A stretch of DNA of 64,000 nt from Gemmatimonadota bacterium (GCA_024638325.1 JAHEKM010000001.1:18279-82278); one strand, 5' to 3'. Shown: positions 54,271 to 64,000, counted from the first letter of the stretch. The notes: generated from the letters alone by a model not told the origin. Made by a program: numbers and translations.

Positions 54271-55280
54271 GAAGCCACACCCTTCGGGCCCTAGGCATCG
54301 CGCTGCTCTCCATTGCCTCGGCGAGCGCCGTCAGCGCACAGAGCCGCACGCACGTGGTCATCGTCGTGGGTCTCGGCGGCGCGTCGGAGTTCCGGGAGAG
54401 CTTCCACGACGAGGCCTCGCAGATCTACACAGCCCTTACCGAGCAGCACGGTCTCTCGGCTGACGACGTCACGTATCTCGGCGAGAACCCGGAGATCGCG
54501 CCACAGATGATCTCCGGCGAATCGACACGGGCGAACATCCTGCAGAAGCTCGCCGAGCTGTCGCAGCGGGCGGGGCCAGACGACAAGGTCGTCATGATTC
54601 TCATCGGGCACGGCACCGATGGACGCAACGGAGCGCAGTTCAACCTCCCCGGTCCGGACCTGAGCCCGTCCGACTTCGATCTCGCCGCCACAGCCTTCCC
54701 GACCCAACCCCTCGCGCTCGTCCACACGGGCAGCGCGGGCGGCGGCTTTGTCCAGCCGCTTGCGGGCCCGAACCGTGTGATCATTTCCGCGACGGCCAGC
54801 GTGCGTGAGGCCAATGCCACCGAGTTCGGTCAGTTCTTCGCGGCTGCCATGGCCGGGGGCGGCTCCGATCTCGATCACGACAACCGCATCTCGCTGCTCG
54901 AGGCGTTCATCTACGCCAAGCAGGAGACCGAGCGGTACTACGAGGAAGAGAACGAGATGCTGTCCGAGCACGCCGTGCTCGAGGACGATGGAGACGGCCA
55001 GGCGAGTCAGGACGCCAGCCTCGACGGCCCCGACGGGCTTCTGGCCGCCACGTTCACCTTCGGGCTGGGAACCGGAGTCCTGGAGGGTGGAGCGGTCGAC
55101 GACCCGGTGCTGGCCGGCCTTCTGGCCGAGCGGGACGAGATCCAGCGACAGATCGACGAACTCCGGGTCGTGCGAAACGCCTTGAGCGAGGACGAGTACC
55201 TCGACCGCATGGAGCCACTCCTGATCGAGCTGGCACTCAAGAACCGGGAGATCGAAGCCGCCAGTGGTGGAGGCCGGTGA
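54267..55280 (+). CDS. Secreted clan-CD (caspase/legumain C13-like) fold protein lacking cysteine
   Basis: Signal peptide; T..NI...L...A..DD.V...LIGHG; HTGSAGGGF; VIISAT; DLDHDNRISLLE; TTGA overlap. Confidence 0.65.
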   Translation: MRSHTLRALGIALLSIASASAVSAQSRTHVVIVVGLGGASEFRESFHDEASQIYTALTEQHGLSADDVTYLGENPEIAPQMISGESTRANILQKLAELSQRAGPDDKVVMILIGHGTDGRNGAQFNLPGPDLSPSDFDLAATAFPTQPLALVHTGSAGGGFVQPLAGPNRVIISATASVREANATEFGQFFAAAMAGGGSDLDHDNRISLLEAFIYAKQETERYYEEENEMLSEHAVLEDDGDGQASQDASLDGPDGLLAATFTFGLGTGVLEGGAVDDPVLAGLLAERDEIQRQIDELRVVRNALSEDEYLDRMEPLLIELALKNREIEAASGGGR

Positions 55281-57889
55281 GGCCGTTCATCCGCTTCCTG
55301 CTTCTCGCCACCCTCGTCGCGGCTCCGGTTGCGGCGCAGGTCCCAGGCAGTGCCGCGACGACTGCGCTGCGGTCGGGAGACTACGAGGGGGCGATCGAGC
55401 AGTTCCGTGACGTCCTGGCCGATGAGCCGGGCGCCGTGCAGATGCGGGTCAACCTCATGGAGGCCCTGGTCGCGACCGGCCAGTACACCGAGGCCGTCGA
55501 GGTCGGACGCGCGGCCCCCGATCCCGGAGCTGTCGCGAACTTCACGGGTGAAGCACTGCTCCGGGTGGGCCGTGTCGAAGAAGCGGAGGCAGCCTTCGAG
55601 GAAGCGATCCGCCGGGGCGGGCCGTTCAGCCTGACCGCCGAGGTCAACCTCGCCCAGCTCCTCTTCGACCGGGGAGACATCGACGAGGCGATGCGGCGCT
55701 TCGACCGATTCATCGACGTGTACAACGGCGCGAACGGGCGACTCAGTGCCCGCGACCTCGTCGCCGTGGGTCGGGCCGTGCGCCGCCTGGGCCGCACCAA
55801 CTCGCGCATGTTCCAGGACGCGCTCCGCGCCTTCGACGAGGCGCTCTCGATCGACCCCGGCTGGCAAGATGCGCGGGTCCTGGTGGGCGATCTCTTCCTC
55901 GAGAAGTACGACAGCCCGTCCGCCCAGGACGAGTACACGACCGTGCTCCAGTCCAACCCGAACCACCCCGGCGCGCTGTTGGGGATGGCCAAGGCCGCGT
56001 GGTTCGACGGAACCGCGGGTGAGGGTGACGCCATCCGGCGGGTCTTGGAGGTCGATACCAACAACGTCGAGGCCCGCACACTACTGGCGCGCCTGAACAT
56101 GACGCGGGAGGGGTTCGACGCCGCCCGCGAAGAGCTCGACCTCGCGTTGGCGGTCAATCCGCGCTCGCTCGGCGCCCTGACGCAGCTGGCCGGCATCCAC
56201 ATGCTCCTCGACGACGAGCGAGCGTTCGAGGAGACCCGTGCCCGCGTGCTCGCGATCAACCCACGCTATGCCGAGATGGAGGCGGAGCTGGCGGACCTCG
56301 CCGTGCGCGTGCGCCGCTATCACGATGCGGTCGCTCGCGCACAGGACGGAGTCGAGCTCGACCCCGAGCACTGGGAGGCGTGGGGCCTGCTGGGCATGAA
56401 CCAGCTTCGCGTGGGCGACATCGAGGAGGGCCGCGCCAACCTCGAGCGTGCCTTCGAGGGTGACCCCTACAACCCCTGGTTCAAGAACAGCCTCGATCTG
56501 CTCGACACCTTCGAGCGCTACACGACCCGCACCTCGGAGCACTTCGAGCTCTTCGTCCGTGAGGACGAGGCCGACCTGCTCGCCACGTATCTGCTCCCGA
56601 TCGCCGAGGAGGCGTTCGACAGCCTCTCCCGTCACTACGGTGTCGAGCCGGAGCTGCCCGTGCGGGCCGAGTTCTTTCCGAGTCACGCCGACTTCTCGGT
56701 CCGCACGCTGGGCGAGGCCGGGCTGGGGGCTCTCGGGGTGAGCTTCGGACGCGTGCTGGTCATGGACTCCCCCACGGCTCGCCAACTCGGCGAGTACAAC
56801 TGGGCTTCTGTGTTCTGGCACGAGTTGGCGCACACCTTCCACCTCGCGCTGAGCGCCGACCGGGTGCCACGCTGGTTCTCGGAGGGCCTGGCGGTGCACG
56901 AGCAGCGCAAGGCCCGTCAGGGATGGGGGCACCAGCCGACGATCCCCTGGATCCAGGCCCTGGCCCAGGGGCGACTCAAGCCGGCCAGCGAGATGGACGA
57001 CGGGCTGATGCGGCCCGACTACCCTCAGCAAATCGTCTTCACGTACCTGCAGGCGTCCCTGGTCTTCCAGGTCATCGAGGAGCGCTGGGGATTCGACGCC
57101 ATCGTCGACATGATCCACGGATACCGGGACGGCGGCAGCACCGAGTCGATCTTCAGGGACGTCCTGGGCGTCGAGTTGGAGGATTTCGACGAGGAGTTCG
57201 ATCAATACCTGCGCGAGCGCTTCCAGAGGCCGATCCAGGCGCTCGTCGAGATCGGCGAGATGCCGGGTCCCATGGCCGACCTGCGGGCTCTGCAGGACTA
57301 TGTGCGCAGCCACCCCGGCAGCCTCGTCGGGCGCCTACGCCTGGGCGCGATGCTCATGCGGGAAGAACAACTCGACGAAGCCGAGGAGCAGTTCGAAGAG
57401 GCGCTGCGGATGTTCCCCGAGTACGGGGAGGCGGACAGCCCGTACTGGTTCCTGGCGCAGATTCATCAGGAGCGCGGCGAGCTCCAACGAGCCGCTGCGG
57501 CGCTCCGGCGCCTCAATGAGCTTTCGGAGTCGAACTACCGTGCCCTCGTGACCGAAGCCGACCTCCTCGAGGAGCTCGGGCGACCCGCCGAGGCCGCCGC
57601 GGCGCTCAACAAGGCGGTGCTCGTCTGGCCCTACGAGATGGAGCTTCATCGCAGACTCGCGGACTTGAACGCCACCATCGGCGACCACGAGGGTGCCGTC
57701 CGCGAGCGACAGGCCGTGCTCGCGCTCGCACCCGCCGACCGTGCCGAGGCGTACTACCGCCTGGCCGTCGCACAGCGAGACGCGGGCGATCCGGTAGCCG
57801 GTCGCCGCTCGGTGCTGCGCGCACTCGAAGTGGCCCCCAACTACGCCGAGGCACTGGAATTGCTTCTCGACTTGAGGAGCGCACGGTGA
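55277..57889 (+). CDS. Secreted TPR protein with central gluzincin metallopeptidase (MA-clan-like) domain
   Basis: Signal peptide; many TPRs on both sides of WHELAH ... PRWFSEGLA. Confidence 0.82.
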   Translation: MRPFIRFLLLATLVAAPVAAQVPGSAATTALRSGDYEGAIEQFRDVLADEPGAVQMRVNLMEALVATGQYTEAVEVGRAAPDPGAVANFTGEALLRVGRVEEAEAAFEEAIRRGGPFSLTAEVNLAQLLFDRGDIDEAMRRFDRFIDVYNGANGRLSARDLVAVGRAVRRLGRTNSRMFQDALRAFDEALSIDPGWQDARVLVGDLFLEKYDSPSAQDEYTTVLQSNPNHPGALLGMAKAAWFDGTAGEGDAIRRVLEVDTNNVEARTLLARLNMTREGFDAAREELDLALAVNPRSLGALTQLAGIHMLLDDERAFEETRARVLAINPRYAEMEAELADLAVRVRRYHDAVARAQDGVELDPEHWEAWGLLGMNQLRVGDIEEGRANLERAFEGDPYNPWFKNSLDLLDTFERYTTRTSEHFELFVREDEADLLATYLLPIAEEAFDSLSRHYGVEPELPVRAEFFPSHADFSVRTLGEAGLGALGVSFGRVLVMDSPTARQLGEYNWASVFWHELAHTFHLALSADRVPRWFSEGLAVHEQRKARQGWGHQPTIPWIQALAQGRLKPASEMDDGLMRPDYPQQIVFTYLQASLVFQVIEERWGFDAIVDMIHGYRDGGSTESIFRDVLGVELEDFDEEFDQYLRERFQRPIQALVEIGEMPGPMADLRALQDYVRSHPGSLVGRLRLGAMLMREEQLDEAEEQFEEALRMFPEYGEADSPYWFLAQIHQERGELQRAAAALRRLNELSESNYRALVTEADLLEELGRPAEAAAALNKAVLVWPYEMELHRRLADLNATIGDHEGAVRERQAVLALAPADRAEAYYRLAVAQRDAGDPVAGRRSVLRALEVAPNYAEALELLLDLRSAR

Positions 57890-58004
57890 CGCCTCGGCTA
57901 ACGAACCGGCCGGCCGCCACCTCTGTCGTGTACGGCTGCATCGATTAGAATGGCTGCCCCCTCGGCGGCCAGCAGGACATCAATAATGAGAAACGGAGAC
58001 GACC

Positions 58005-59045
58005 TTGTCTGACGAAGCGATCGGCACGATAGCCCTGGACAACGCAGACGATGTCGCGCTCGCCGACCGACTCAAGAACGGTCGCGAGCAGATCATTGCG
58101 GAGCTGCGCAAGCTCATCATCGGTCAGGAAGAGGTGATCGAGCAGGTGCTGCTCACGCTCTTCGTGGGCGGCAACAGCCTTCTCATGGGTGTGCCGGGAC
58201 TGGCCAAGACGCTGCTGATTCACACCGTGGCTCAGGTCCTGGACCTCAAGTTCTCGCGCATCCAGTTCACGCCCGACCTGATGCCCTCCGACATCACGGG
58301 CACCGACATCATCCAGGAGGATGCGAGCACCGGACAGCGCCAGATGGTGTTCGCGCCCGGCCCCGTCTTCGCGAACATCGTCCTGGCCGACGAGATCAAC
58401 CGCACGCCGCCGAAGACACAGGCCGCGCTTCTCGAGGCGATGCAGGAGCACCGCGTGACCGTACAGGGCCGCACGTACGAACTCGAGGAGCCGTTCTACG
58501 TCTTCGCTACGCAGAACCCCATCGAGCTCGAAGGCACGTATCCGCTGCCCGAGGCCCAGCTCGACCGGTTCATGTTCGAGATCCAGATCAACCACCTCAA
58601 CGAGGAGGAGGAGCTCGAGGTCATCCGCACCACGACCGGCATTCTCGACCCGCAGTTCAGCCACGCCGTCACCGGGCCGGACCTGCTCGCGTTCCAGCAA
58701 CTCGTCCGCCGCGTCCCCGTGTCGGAATCGGTGCTCCGCTACGCGGTGAGCCTGGTACGTATGAGCCGCCCCGGACCCAATGGGGACACGCCCGACTTCG
58801 TGAGGAAGTGGATCGCTTACGGCGCCTCGCCGCGCGCGGCCCAGTACCTCGTGCTCGGCGCGAAGGCGCGGGCGCTGACCAAGGGTCGGTACCACGTGAG
58901 CTTCGAGGACATCAGTGCGCTGGCGCATCCGGTGCTTCGGCATCGCGTGCTGACGAACTTCCACGCCGAGTCCGAGGGCAAGAGCTCTTCGGAGATGGTG
59001 GACCTGCTCTTGGACGCCGTGCGCGTCCCGTCTTCCGGGATGTAG
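58005..59045 (+). CDS. moxR: MoxR family AAA+ ATPase
   Basis: GVPGLAKT, RIQFTPDLMPSD, LADEINR.PPKTQ.ALLEAMQE, ATQNPIE.EGTYPLPEAQLDRF. Confidence 0.95.
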   Translation: MSDEAIGTIALDNADDVALADRLKNGREQIIAELRKLIIGQEEVIEQVLLTLFVGGNSLLMGVPGLAKTLLIHTVAQVLDLKFSRIQFTPDLMPSDITGTDIIQEDASTGQRQMVFAPGPVFANIVLADEINRTPPKTQAALLEAMQEHRVTVQGRTYELEEPFYVFATQNPIELEGTYPLPEAQLDRFMFEIQINHLNEEEELEVIRTTTGILDPQFSHAVTGPDLLAFQQLVRRVPVSESVLRYAVSLVRMSRPGPNGDTPDFVRKWIAYGASPRAAQYLVLGAKARALTKGRYHVSFEDISALAHPVLRHRVLTNFHAESEGKSSSEMVDLLLDAVRVPSSGM

Positions 59046-59057
59046 GGACGGTACGCG

Positions 59058-59978
59058 GTGGCCTCGACCTCAACAGGCTCTTCGGCCTCGGGAGCTCAGT
59101 TCCTAGACCCCGCGGTCCTGGGACGGATCGGCAACCTGCAGTTGTTGGCCAAGACCGTGGTCGACGGCTTTCTGACGGGTCTGCACCGCTCGCCCCATCT
59201 GGGCTTCAGCATCGACTTCGCGGAGCATCGCCCGTACATGCCGGGCGACGACATCCGCCGTATCGACTGGCGCCTCTTCGCCCGTACCGATCGGCACTAC
59301 ATCAAGCTCTTCGAGGCGGACACCAACGCGAACTTCGCGGTCCTTCTCGATGTGTCGGCGTCCATGAACTACGGGAGCCACACGCTCACAAAGCTCGACT
59401 ACGCGCGCTACCTGGCGGCTTGCCTGTCGTTCTTCTCGAACCAGCAGAGGGACAGGGTCGGCCTGGTCACGTTCGATCACGAGATCGTCGAGTACGTGCC
59501 GCCGTCCATGAAGCACTTCGACACCGTGCTCCATCTGCTGGACAAGGCCGAGGCCGGTAGGGCGGGCAATCTGTCGGGCCCGCTCCTTCAGATCACGGAG
59601 CTGCTGAGGCGGACGGGCATTCTCGTCATCATCTCGGACTTCTACGAGGACCCCGACGCCGTCATGGAAGCCCTTGGCCCGCTGCGCGCCCGGGGACACG
59701 ACGTCATCGTCTTCCACGTGATGGATCCACACGAGCTCGAGTTTCCCTTCGAGGAAGCCTCGGGCTTCGAGGACCTCGAGACGCACGAGCAGATCCCCGT
59801 TATCCCGACGAAGCTGCGTGAGGAGTATCGGCGCGTCGTGGCCCACCACCTGGACGAGCTACAGCGTCGCATGACAGGGAGCCGTATGGACTACACGCTG
59901 CTCGATACGTCCAAACCCCTCGACATGGCGCTCTTCCAATACCTGCTGGCCCGTGAGCGGATGATGAAGACCAGATGA
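59058..59978 (+). CDS. DUF58 / VWA protein
   Basis: G.HRS...G.S.DFAEHR.Y.PGDD.R.IDW, LDVSASM, ISDF. Confidence 0.92.
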   Translation: MASTSTGSSASGAQFLDPAVLGRIGNLQLLAKTVVDGFLTGLHRSPHLGFSIDFAEHRPYMPGDDIRRIDWRLFARTDRHYIKLFEADTNANFAVLLDVSASMNYGSHTLTKLDYARYLAACLSFFSNQQRDRVGLVTFDHEIVEYVPPSMKHFDTVLHLLDKAEAGRAGNLSGPLLQITELLRRTGILVIISDFYEDPDAVMEALGPLRARGHDVIVFHVMDPHELEFPFEEASGFEDLETHEQIPVIPTKLREEYRRVVAHHLDELQRRMTGSRMDYTLLDTSKPLDMALFQYLLARERMMKTR

Positions 59979-62107
59979 GTCTAGCCTTCCTCGTTCCGCT
60001 GTTCCTGCTCGGCATCGCGGGCATCGTGGTGCCCGTCGTCGTGCATCTCACGCGGCGTCAGCGGAAGAACGTGGTCCATTTCCCGTCGCTCATGTTCTTG
60101 GAGAAGATTCCATATCAGGAGCAGCGACGGCGGCGCATTCAGCACTGGTTCCTGCTCAGCCTACGCGCGCTGGCGCTCGCGCTACTCGCCCTCGCGTTCG
60201 CACGACCGTTCATGGACGATGCCGAGCTGGGACTCGGCGCCACGGGCGGCCCCCGCGAGGTGGTGGTCCTCGTGGACCAGTCGTACAGCATGGAAATCGG
60301 CGACCACCTCGAGCAGGCGCGAGAGAGAGCGCAGGACGTCTTCGACGGCCTCGGTCCGCTGGATCGCGCGTCGGTCGTGGCCTTCTCGCAGGGCGCTACG
60401 GTCCTCGCCCGCTCCACCTCCGACCGCGCTCGCCTGCGCGGCGCGCTCGACACCCTCCAACTCAGCTCCGGCGCCACCCGGTTCGGACCTGCCCTGAAGG
60501 TCGCGCAGACGATCCTCGAGGAGTCGAACCTCGCCAGGGGCGAGGTCTACATGCTGAGTGACTTCCAGCGCGTTGGTTGGATCGGCGACGAAGGGGTCCG
60601 CTTCCCTGCCGGCGCCGACTTCATCCCCCTTCCCCTGGGTGAAGCAGCCAGCGTGGAAGAGAACTACCTGGTCACGGACGTATCGCTGCCGCGCCAATCC
60701 GTCTCCGGGCGAGAGCGCATCACGCCGACCGCCCGCGTCGTGAGACGTGGCGGGAGCGAGCCGGAGACCGTTGCCGTGACGCTGCTGGTGGACGGACAGG
60801 TGCTCCAGCAGCAGGACGTCCTGCTGGCGCCGGACGCCGCCGCGTCGGTCCAATTCCCGCCGCTCACGCTCTCACGCCCGCATACGCGTGCGACCGTTCA
60901 GTTGCCGGAAGACGCGCTCAGCGCCGACAACGCCCACCACTTCGTGGTCTCTCCAGGGGCGGCGCTCGGTGTGCTCATCGTGGAGGGCGCCAGCGCGAAC
61001 AGCAACGAGAGCCTGTTCCTGCGCCGCGCGCTGGAGATCAGCGACGACGGCCGCTTCCGCGTCACCGTCCGGCGAGCCAGCTCCATCCGGCCGGTCGACC
61101 TCGAGGGGGTCGACGCGGTCTTTCTCAACGACGTGATCATCGACGGCGGTTCGGCTGAGCGGCTGCGGGCGTTCGTCGGTGAGGGTGGTGGAGTGCTCGT
61201 GGCCCTCGGCGAGGAAGGCGGTTGGCCGGCGTCCGCGGGGGACATGCTCCCAGGCACGATCGGCCCCGTCCAGGACCGTCTACAGGGTCGAGGCGGCCGG
61301 CTGGGCTTCTTGCAGTACTCCCACCCGATCTTCGAGGTGTTCGCCGGACCGCGGAGCGGGGACTTCACCGGTGCGCGCTTCTTCCGCGCACGCGCCTTCC
61401 AGGCGACCGACAGTGCCGAGGTCCTGGCCCGCTTCGACGACGGCTCCGTCGCCATGGCCGAGCACACCACCGGAAGGGGCAAGGTCATCGTCTGGGCGAA
61501 TACGCTGGATGACTTCTGGAACGACCTGACGCGTCAGCCGATCTACCTGCCGTTCATGCACCGCGTGACGGAGTACCTGGGTGGGCGGGCGGAGGCGGTG
61601 CCCTGGTTCACCATCGGCCAGGTCGTCGACCTGGCGAACCCGGAGGCTCTCCTGACGGCCGGACTCGTCTCATCCGAGGCCGCCGGCCTCGCCGAAGGAC
61701 TGGATCAAGTCGCCCTCACCCCCTCCGGTCAGACGGTACCGCTGCCGGCGGGCGAGGGGCCACGCTATCTACCACTGGAAGAGCACGGATTCTACACGGT
61801 TCGCCCCCCGGGCACCGAGCCCGAGCGGCCCTTCGTGATGGCCGTGAACGTGGATCTCGAAGAGTCCAACCTCGCTCGCATCGACGCCGAGGAACTGGGT
61901 GCACAACTGACCGCCCCACCGGGCTCCGAGGGGCGTGCGCTTAACGTGGACGAGGCCGCTTCGCTCCAGAGGGAGGACCAGGAGAGGCGCCAATCGCTCT
62001 GGCGATGGCTCCTGTTGGCGGCCCTGGCCCTGTTCATGACGGAGACGGCCCTGTCGAATTGGGTGTCCCGCCAGAAGGCGGGAGCACAGCCGGGACTCGC
62101 GGGTTAA
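59975..62107 (+). CDS. BatA-domain / VWA membrane protein
   Basis: F..P.FL......P...HL......F.SL.FL BatA module, LA.A.ARP, VDQSYSM, SDFQ, AVN...EES.L, C-terminal W.W.L...E. Confidence 0.88.
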   Translation: MSLAFLVPLFLLGIAGIVVPVVVHLTRRQRKNVVHFPSLMFLEKIPYQEQRRRRIQHWFLLSLRALALALLALAFARPFMDDAELGLGATGGPREVVVLVDQSYSMEIGDHLEQARERAQDVFDGLGPLDRASVVAFSQGATVLARSTSDRARLRGALDTLQLSSGATRFGPALKVAQTILEESNLARGEVYMLSDFQRVGWIGDEGVRFPAGADFIPLPLGEAASVEENYLVTDVSLPRQSVSGRERITPTARVVRRGGSEPETVAVTLLVDGQVLQQQDVLLAPDAAASVQFPPLTLSRPHTRATVQLPEDALSADNAHHFVVSPGAALGVLIVEGASANSNESLFLRRALEISDDGRFRVTVRRASSIRPVDLEGVDAVFLNDVIIDGGSAERLRAFVGEGGGVLVALGEEGGWPASAGDMLPGTIGPVQDRLQGRGGRLGFLQYSHPIFEVFAGPRSGDFTGARFFRARAFQATDSAEVLARFDDGSVAMAEHTTGRGKVIVWANTLDDFWNDLTRQPIYLPFMHRVTEYLGGRAEAVPWFTIGQVVDLANPEALLTAGLVSSEAAGLAEGLDQVALTPSGQTVPLPAGEGPRYLPLEEHGFYTVRPPGTEPERPFVMAVNVDLEESNLARIDAEELGAQLTAPPGSEGRALNVDEAASLQREDQERRQSLWRWLLLAALALFMTETALSNWVSRQKAGAQPGLAG

Positions 62108-62198
62108 GCAGTAGGGCGGGGGCTCCGCGAGGGCATGGCGTGCACTCGCTCGGCCATCGTACGTTGGAGGCGGTGCGCACAACGGGAGGCGGAAGGAC

Positions 62199-64000
62199 AT
62201 GAAGGAGCTGAGGGAGTCCGACAGGCGGTTGGCTCGTAACCGCATCTCCGGTGTCGTGCGCAGCGTGCGCTGGAGATGGCGCACACGCCTGGTCCTCCGT
62301 GGTCTCGCTTGGGTCGGCGGCCTTACCGCAGCAGTCCTGTTCCTCTCCGCGCTCGGACTCGAGCGCGCTCGCTTCGCCTCCGAATGGGTGGTCGCGTATC
62401 GATTCCTGACCTGGGGCACCTTCCTCGTTTCGACGTATCTGTTCATCGTGCGCCCGTTGCTGAGGCGCGTCTCGGACAATCAAGTCGCCCTCTACCTGGA
62501 GGAGCACGAGCCGTCCCTCGAGCAGGCAGTCGTGAGCGCGCTGGACTCAGGCGTCGCAGCTTCCCCGGACCTCGAGTACCGGGTGGTCGAGGTCGCGCTG
62601 GAGCGAGCCAAGAAGGTCGAGTACGGCCGCAGGGTCGAGCAGACCAACCTGTACAGGTTCGCCGGGGCGCTCACGGCCGTGGTCCTGATGGCCCTCGGCA
62701 TGTCCCTCTTCGGGCCTCAGCACCTCAGACACGGGCTGGCGGCGCTCCTCATGCCGACCGTCGACGCGGCGGACGTGAATCCCTACGCCATCGCGGTCGC
62801 GCCCGGCGACGTCACGATTCCCCGGAACTCCGATCAGACCATCACCGCCGCGCTCACCGGCTTCGACGCCTCCGACGTCTCGATCTTCACACGGGGTGAG
62901 TCGGAGCAGACGTTCCGACGGCTCTCCATGCTGCCGGGCATCGAAAGCGGCTTCGAGGTCATGCTCGTCGCCATCGCGGAGCCCACCGAGTACTTCGTGT
63001 CGTCGACGGGCATCCGGACGCCCACGTACACGATCGATGTGGCCGACCTACCGTACGTCGACCGCCTCGACCTCACGTACTACTACCCGAGCTACACCGG
63101 TCTGCCGGCTCGCGTCGTCGAGGACGGCGGAGACGTGGCCGCGCTACCCGGTACGGTCGTCGAGGTCCGCATCACGCCGACCATGGACGCGCCGTCGGGC
63201 CAACTCGTTCTCGACAGTCAGGCCGCCGGTGAACTGACCCGTCAGGACGACGGCACGTTCACGGCCCGCTTTACGGTGGGCGACAATCTCTTCTACTCCA
63301 TCGAGCTCGCCCGGGCCAACGGGGCCCTCGTGCCTGCGTCGCCGGAATACACGATCGATGTGCTGCGCGACCGAGATCCGTCGATCCAGTTCCTCCGGCC
63401 AGGGCGCGACGAGACGGCCTCGCCGCTCGAGGAGGTCTACCTCGAGATGAACGCCGCCGACGACTACGGCGTTCGAGACGTCCGCCTGGTCTACTCGGTG
63501 AACGCGGGCCCCGAGGACACGATCACCGTGTTCGAGACGAACGGACCGCCGATCGCCGAGGTCTCGCCGGGCCACACGTTGTTCCTGGAGGAGTGGGAGT
63601 TGGAGTCGGGCGACCTGGTCTCGTACTACGCGATCGCGCGCGACAACCGAACCGGCGCGGAGAGCCGGCCCATCACCAGCGACATCTACTTCCTGAGCAT
63701 CCGTCCGTTCGAGCGCGCCTACCGGCAGTCCGAGCAGGGTGGCGGTGGCGGCGGTGGTGGCGGCGGCCAGCAGCAGGACACGCCGCTCTCGGACCTCCAG
63801 CGACAGGTGATCGCAGCGACGTTCAACCTGATCCGCCAGGAGGATACGTACTCGCCCAGCGAGTTCAGTGAGGTGGTGAACACCGTGGCGCTCTCACAGG
63901 GTCGCCTGATCGGACAGGTGGGCACGCTCCTCCAGAGGATGCAGAACCGCGGGCTCACCCAGTCCGACCCGGGGTTCCGTGACGTCTCGGCCGTCCTGCC
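62199..64000 (+). CDS. Large membrane protein, DUF4175-like (3' end outside the window)
   Basis: GAAGGA RBS, ATG 62199, MKELRESDRR...; three N-terminal TMs, Ig-like beta region, in-frame DDYG at 63459, Gly/Gln-rich then helical; no stop seen. Confidence 0.8.
   Translation, partial: MKELRESDRRLARNRISGVVRSVRWRWRTRLVLRGLAWVGGLTAAVLFLSALGLERARFASEWVVAYRFLTWGTFLVSTYLFIVRPLLRRVSDNQVALYLEEHEPSLEQAVVSALDSGVAASPDLEYRVVEVALERAKKVEYGRRVEQTNLYRFAGALTAVVLMALGMSLFGPQHLRHGLAALLMPTVDAADVNPYAIAVAPGDVTIPRNSDQTITAALTGFDASDVSIFTRGESEQTFRRLSMLPGIESGFEVMLVAIAEPTEYFVSSTGIRTPTYTIDVADLPYVDRLDLTYYYPSYTGLPARVVEDGGDVAALPGTVVEVRITPTMDAPSGQLVLDSQAAGELTRQDDGTFTARFTVGDNLFYSIELARANGALVPASPEYTIDVLRDRDPSIQFLRPGRDETASPLEEVYLEMNAADDYGVRDVRLVYSVNAGPEDTITVFETNGPPIAEVSPGHTLFLEEWELESGDLVSYYAIARDNRTGAESRPITSDIYFLSIRPFERAYRQSEQGGGGGGGGGGQQQDTPLSDLQRQVIAATFNLIRQEDTYSPSEFSEVVNTVALSQGRLIGQVGTLLQRMQNRGLTQSDPGFRDVSAVL

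Noticed and set aside
1..64000. CRISPR arrays, transposases, integrases, reverse transcriptases, prophage and anti-phage defence genes
   Set aside because: No spaced direct repeats or diagnostic motifs seen by eye; composition looks uniform across the window

Overview
Very GC-rich bacterial chromosome segment, densely coding, about 63 genes. Gene content and style (HU with a short insertion, many lipoproteins and PQQ/TonB proteins, a MoxR-VWA operon) suggest Gemmatimonadota or a similar lineage; this is an inference. I saw no rRNA, tRNA, CRISPR array, transposase, integrase or prophage. Recognisable genes include typA, a deoxyhypusine-synthase-like gene, apaG, a DtxR/MntR regulator, a TonB receptor with a lipoprotein partner, ligD and ku (NHEJ), a POT transporter, a membrane-fused spermidine-synthase-like gene, a PQQ dehydrogenase, an RhlE-type DEAD helicase, LMW-PTP plus fructosamine kinase, an aminotransferase, HU and a cyclophilin. 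The best leads are: (1) a >13 kb uncharacterised envelope operon (DUF4159 lipoprotein, VWA/GATase-like protein, a cysteine-free caspase/legumain-fold protein with Ser at the nucleophile position, a TPR-gluzincin peptidase, MoxR, DUF58, BatA-VWA and a large membrane protein running off the window); (2) an unannotated structured RNA resembling 6S RNA at about 34632-34794 (minus strand) with its own -10 element and terminator; (3) a MerR-HTH/TPR gene directly behind ku with a QLAMDF clamp-binding-like motif; (4) a catalytically degenerate DeaD-like pseudo-helicase; (5) a stand-alone GGDEF domain with a dead active site but an intact I-site. All family assignments were made by eye from motifs; no database search was run.
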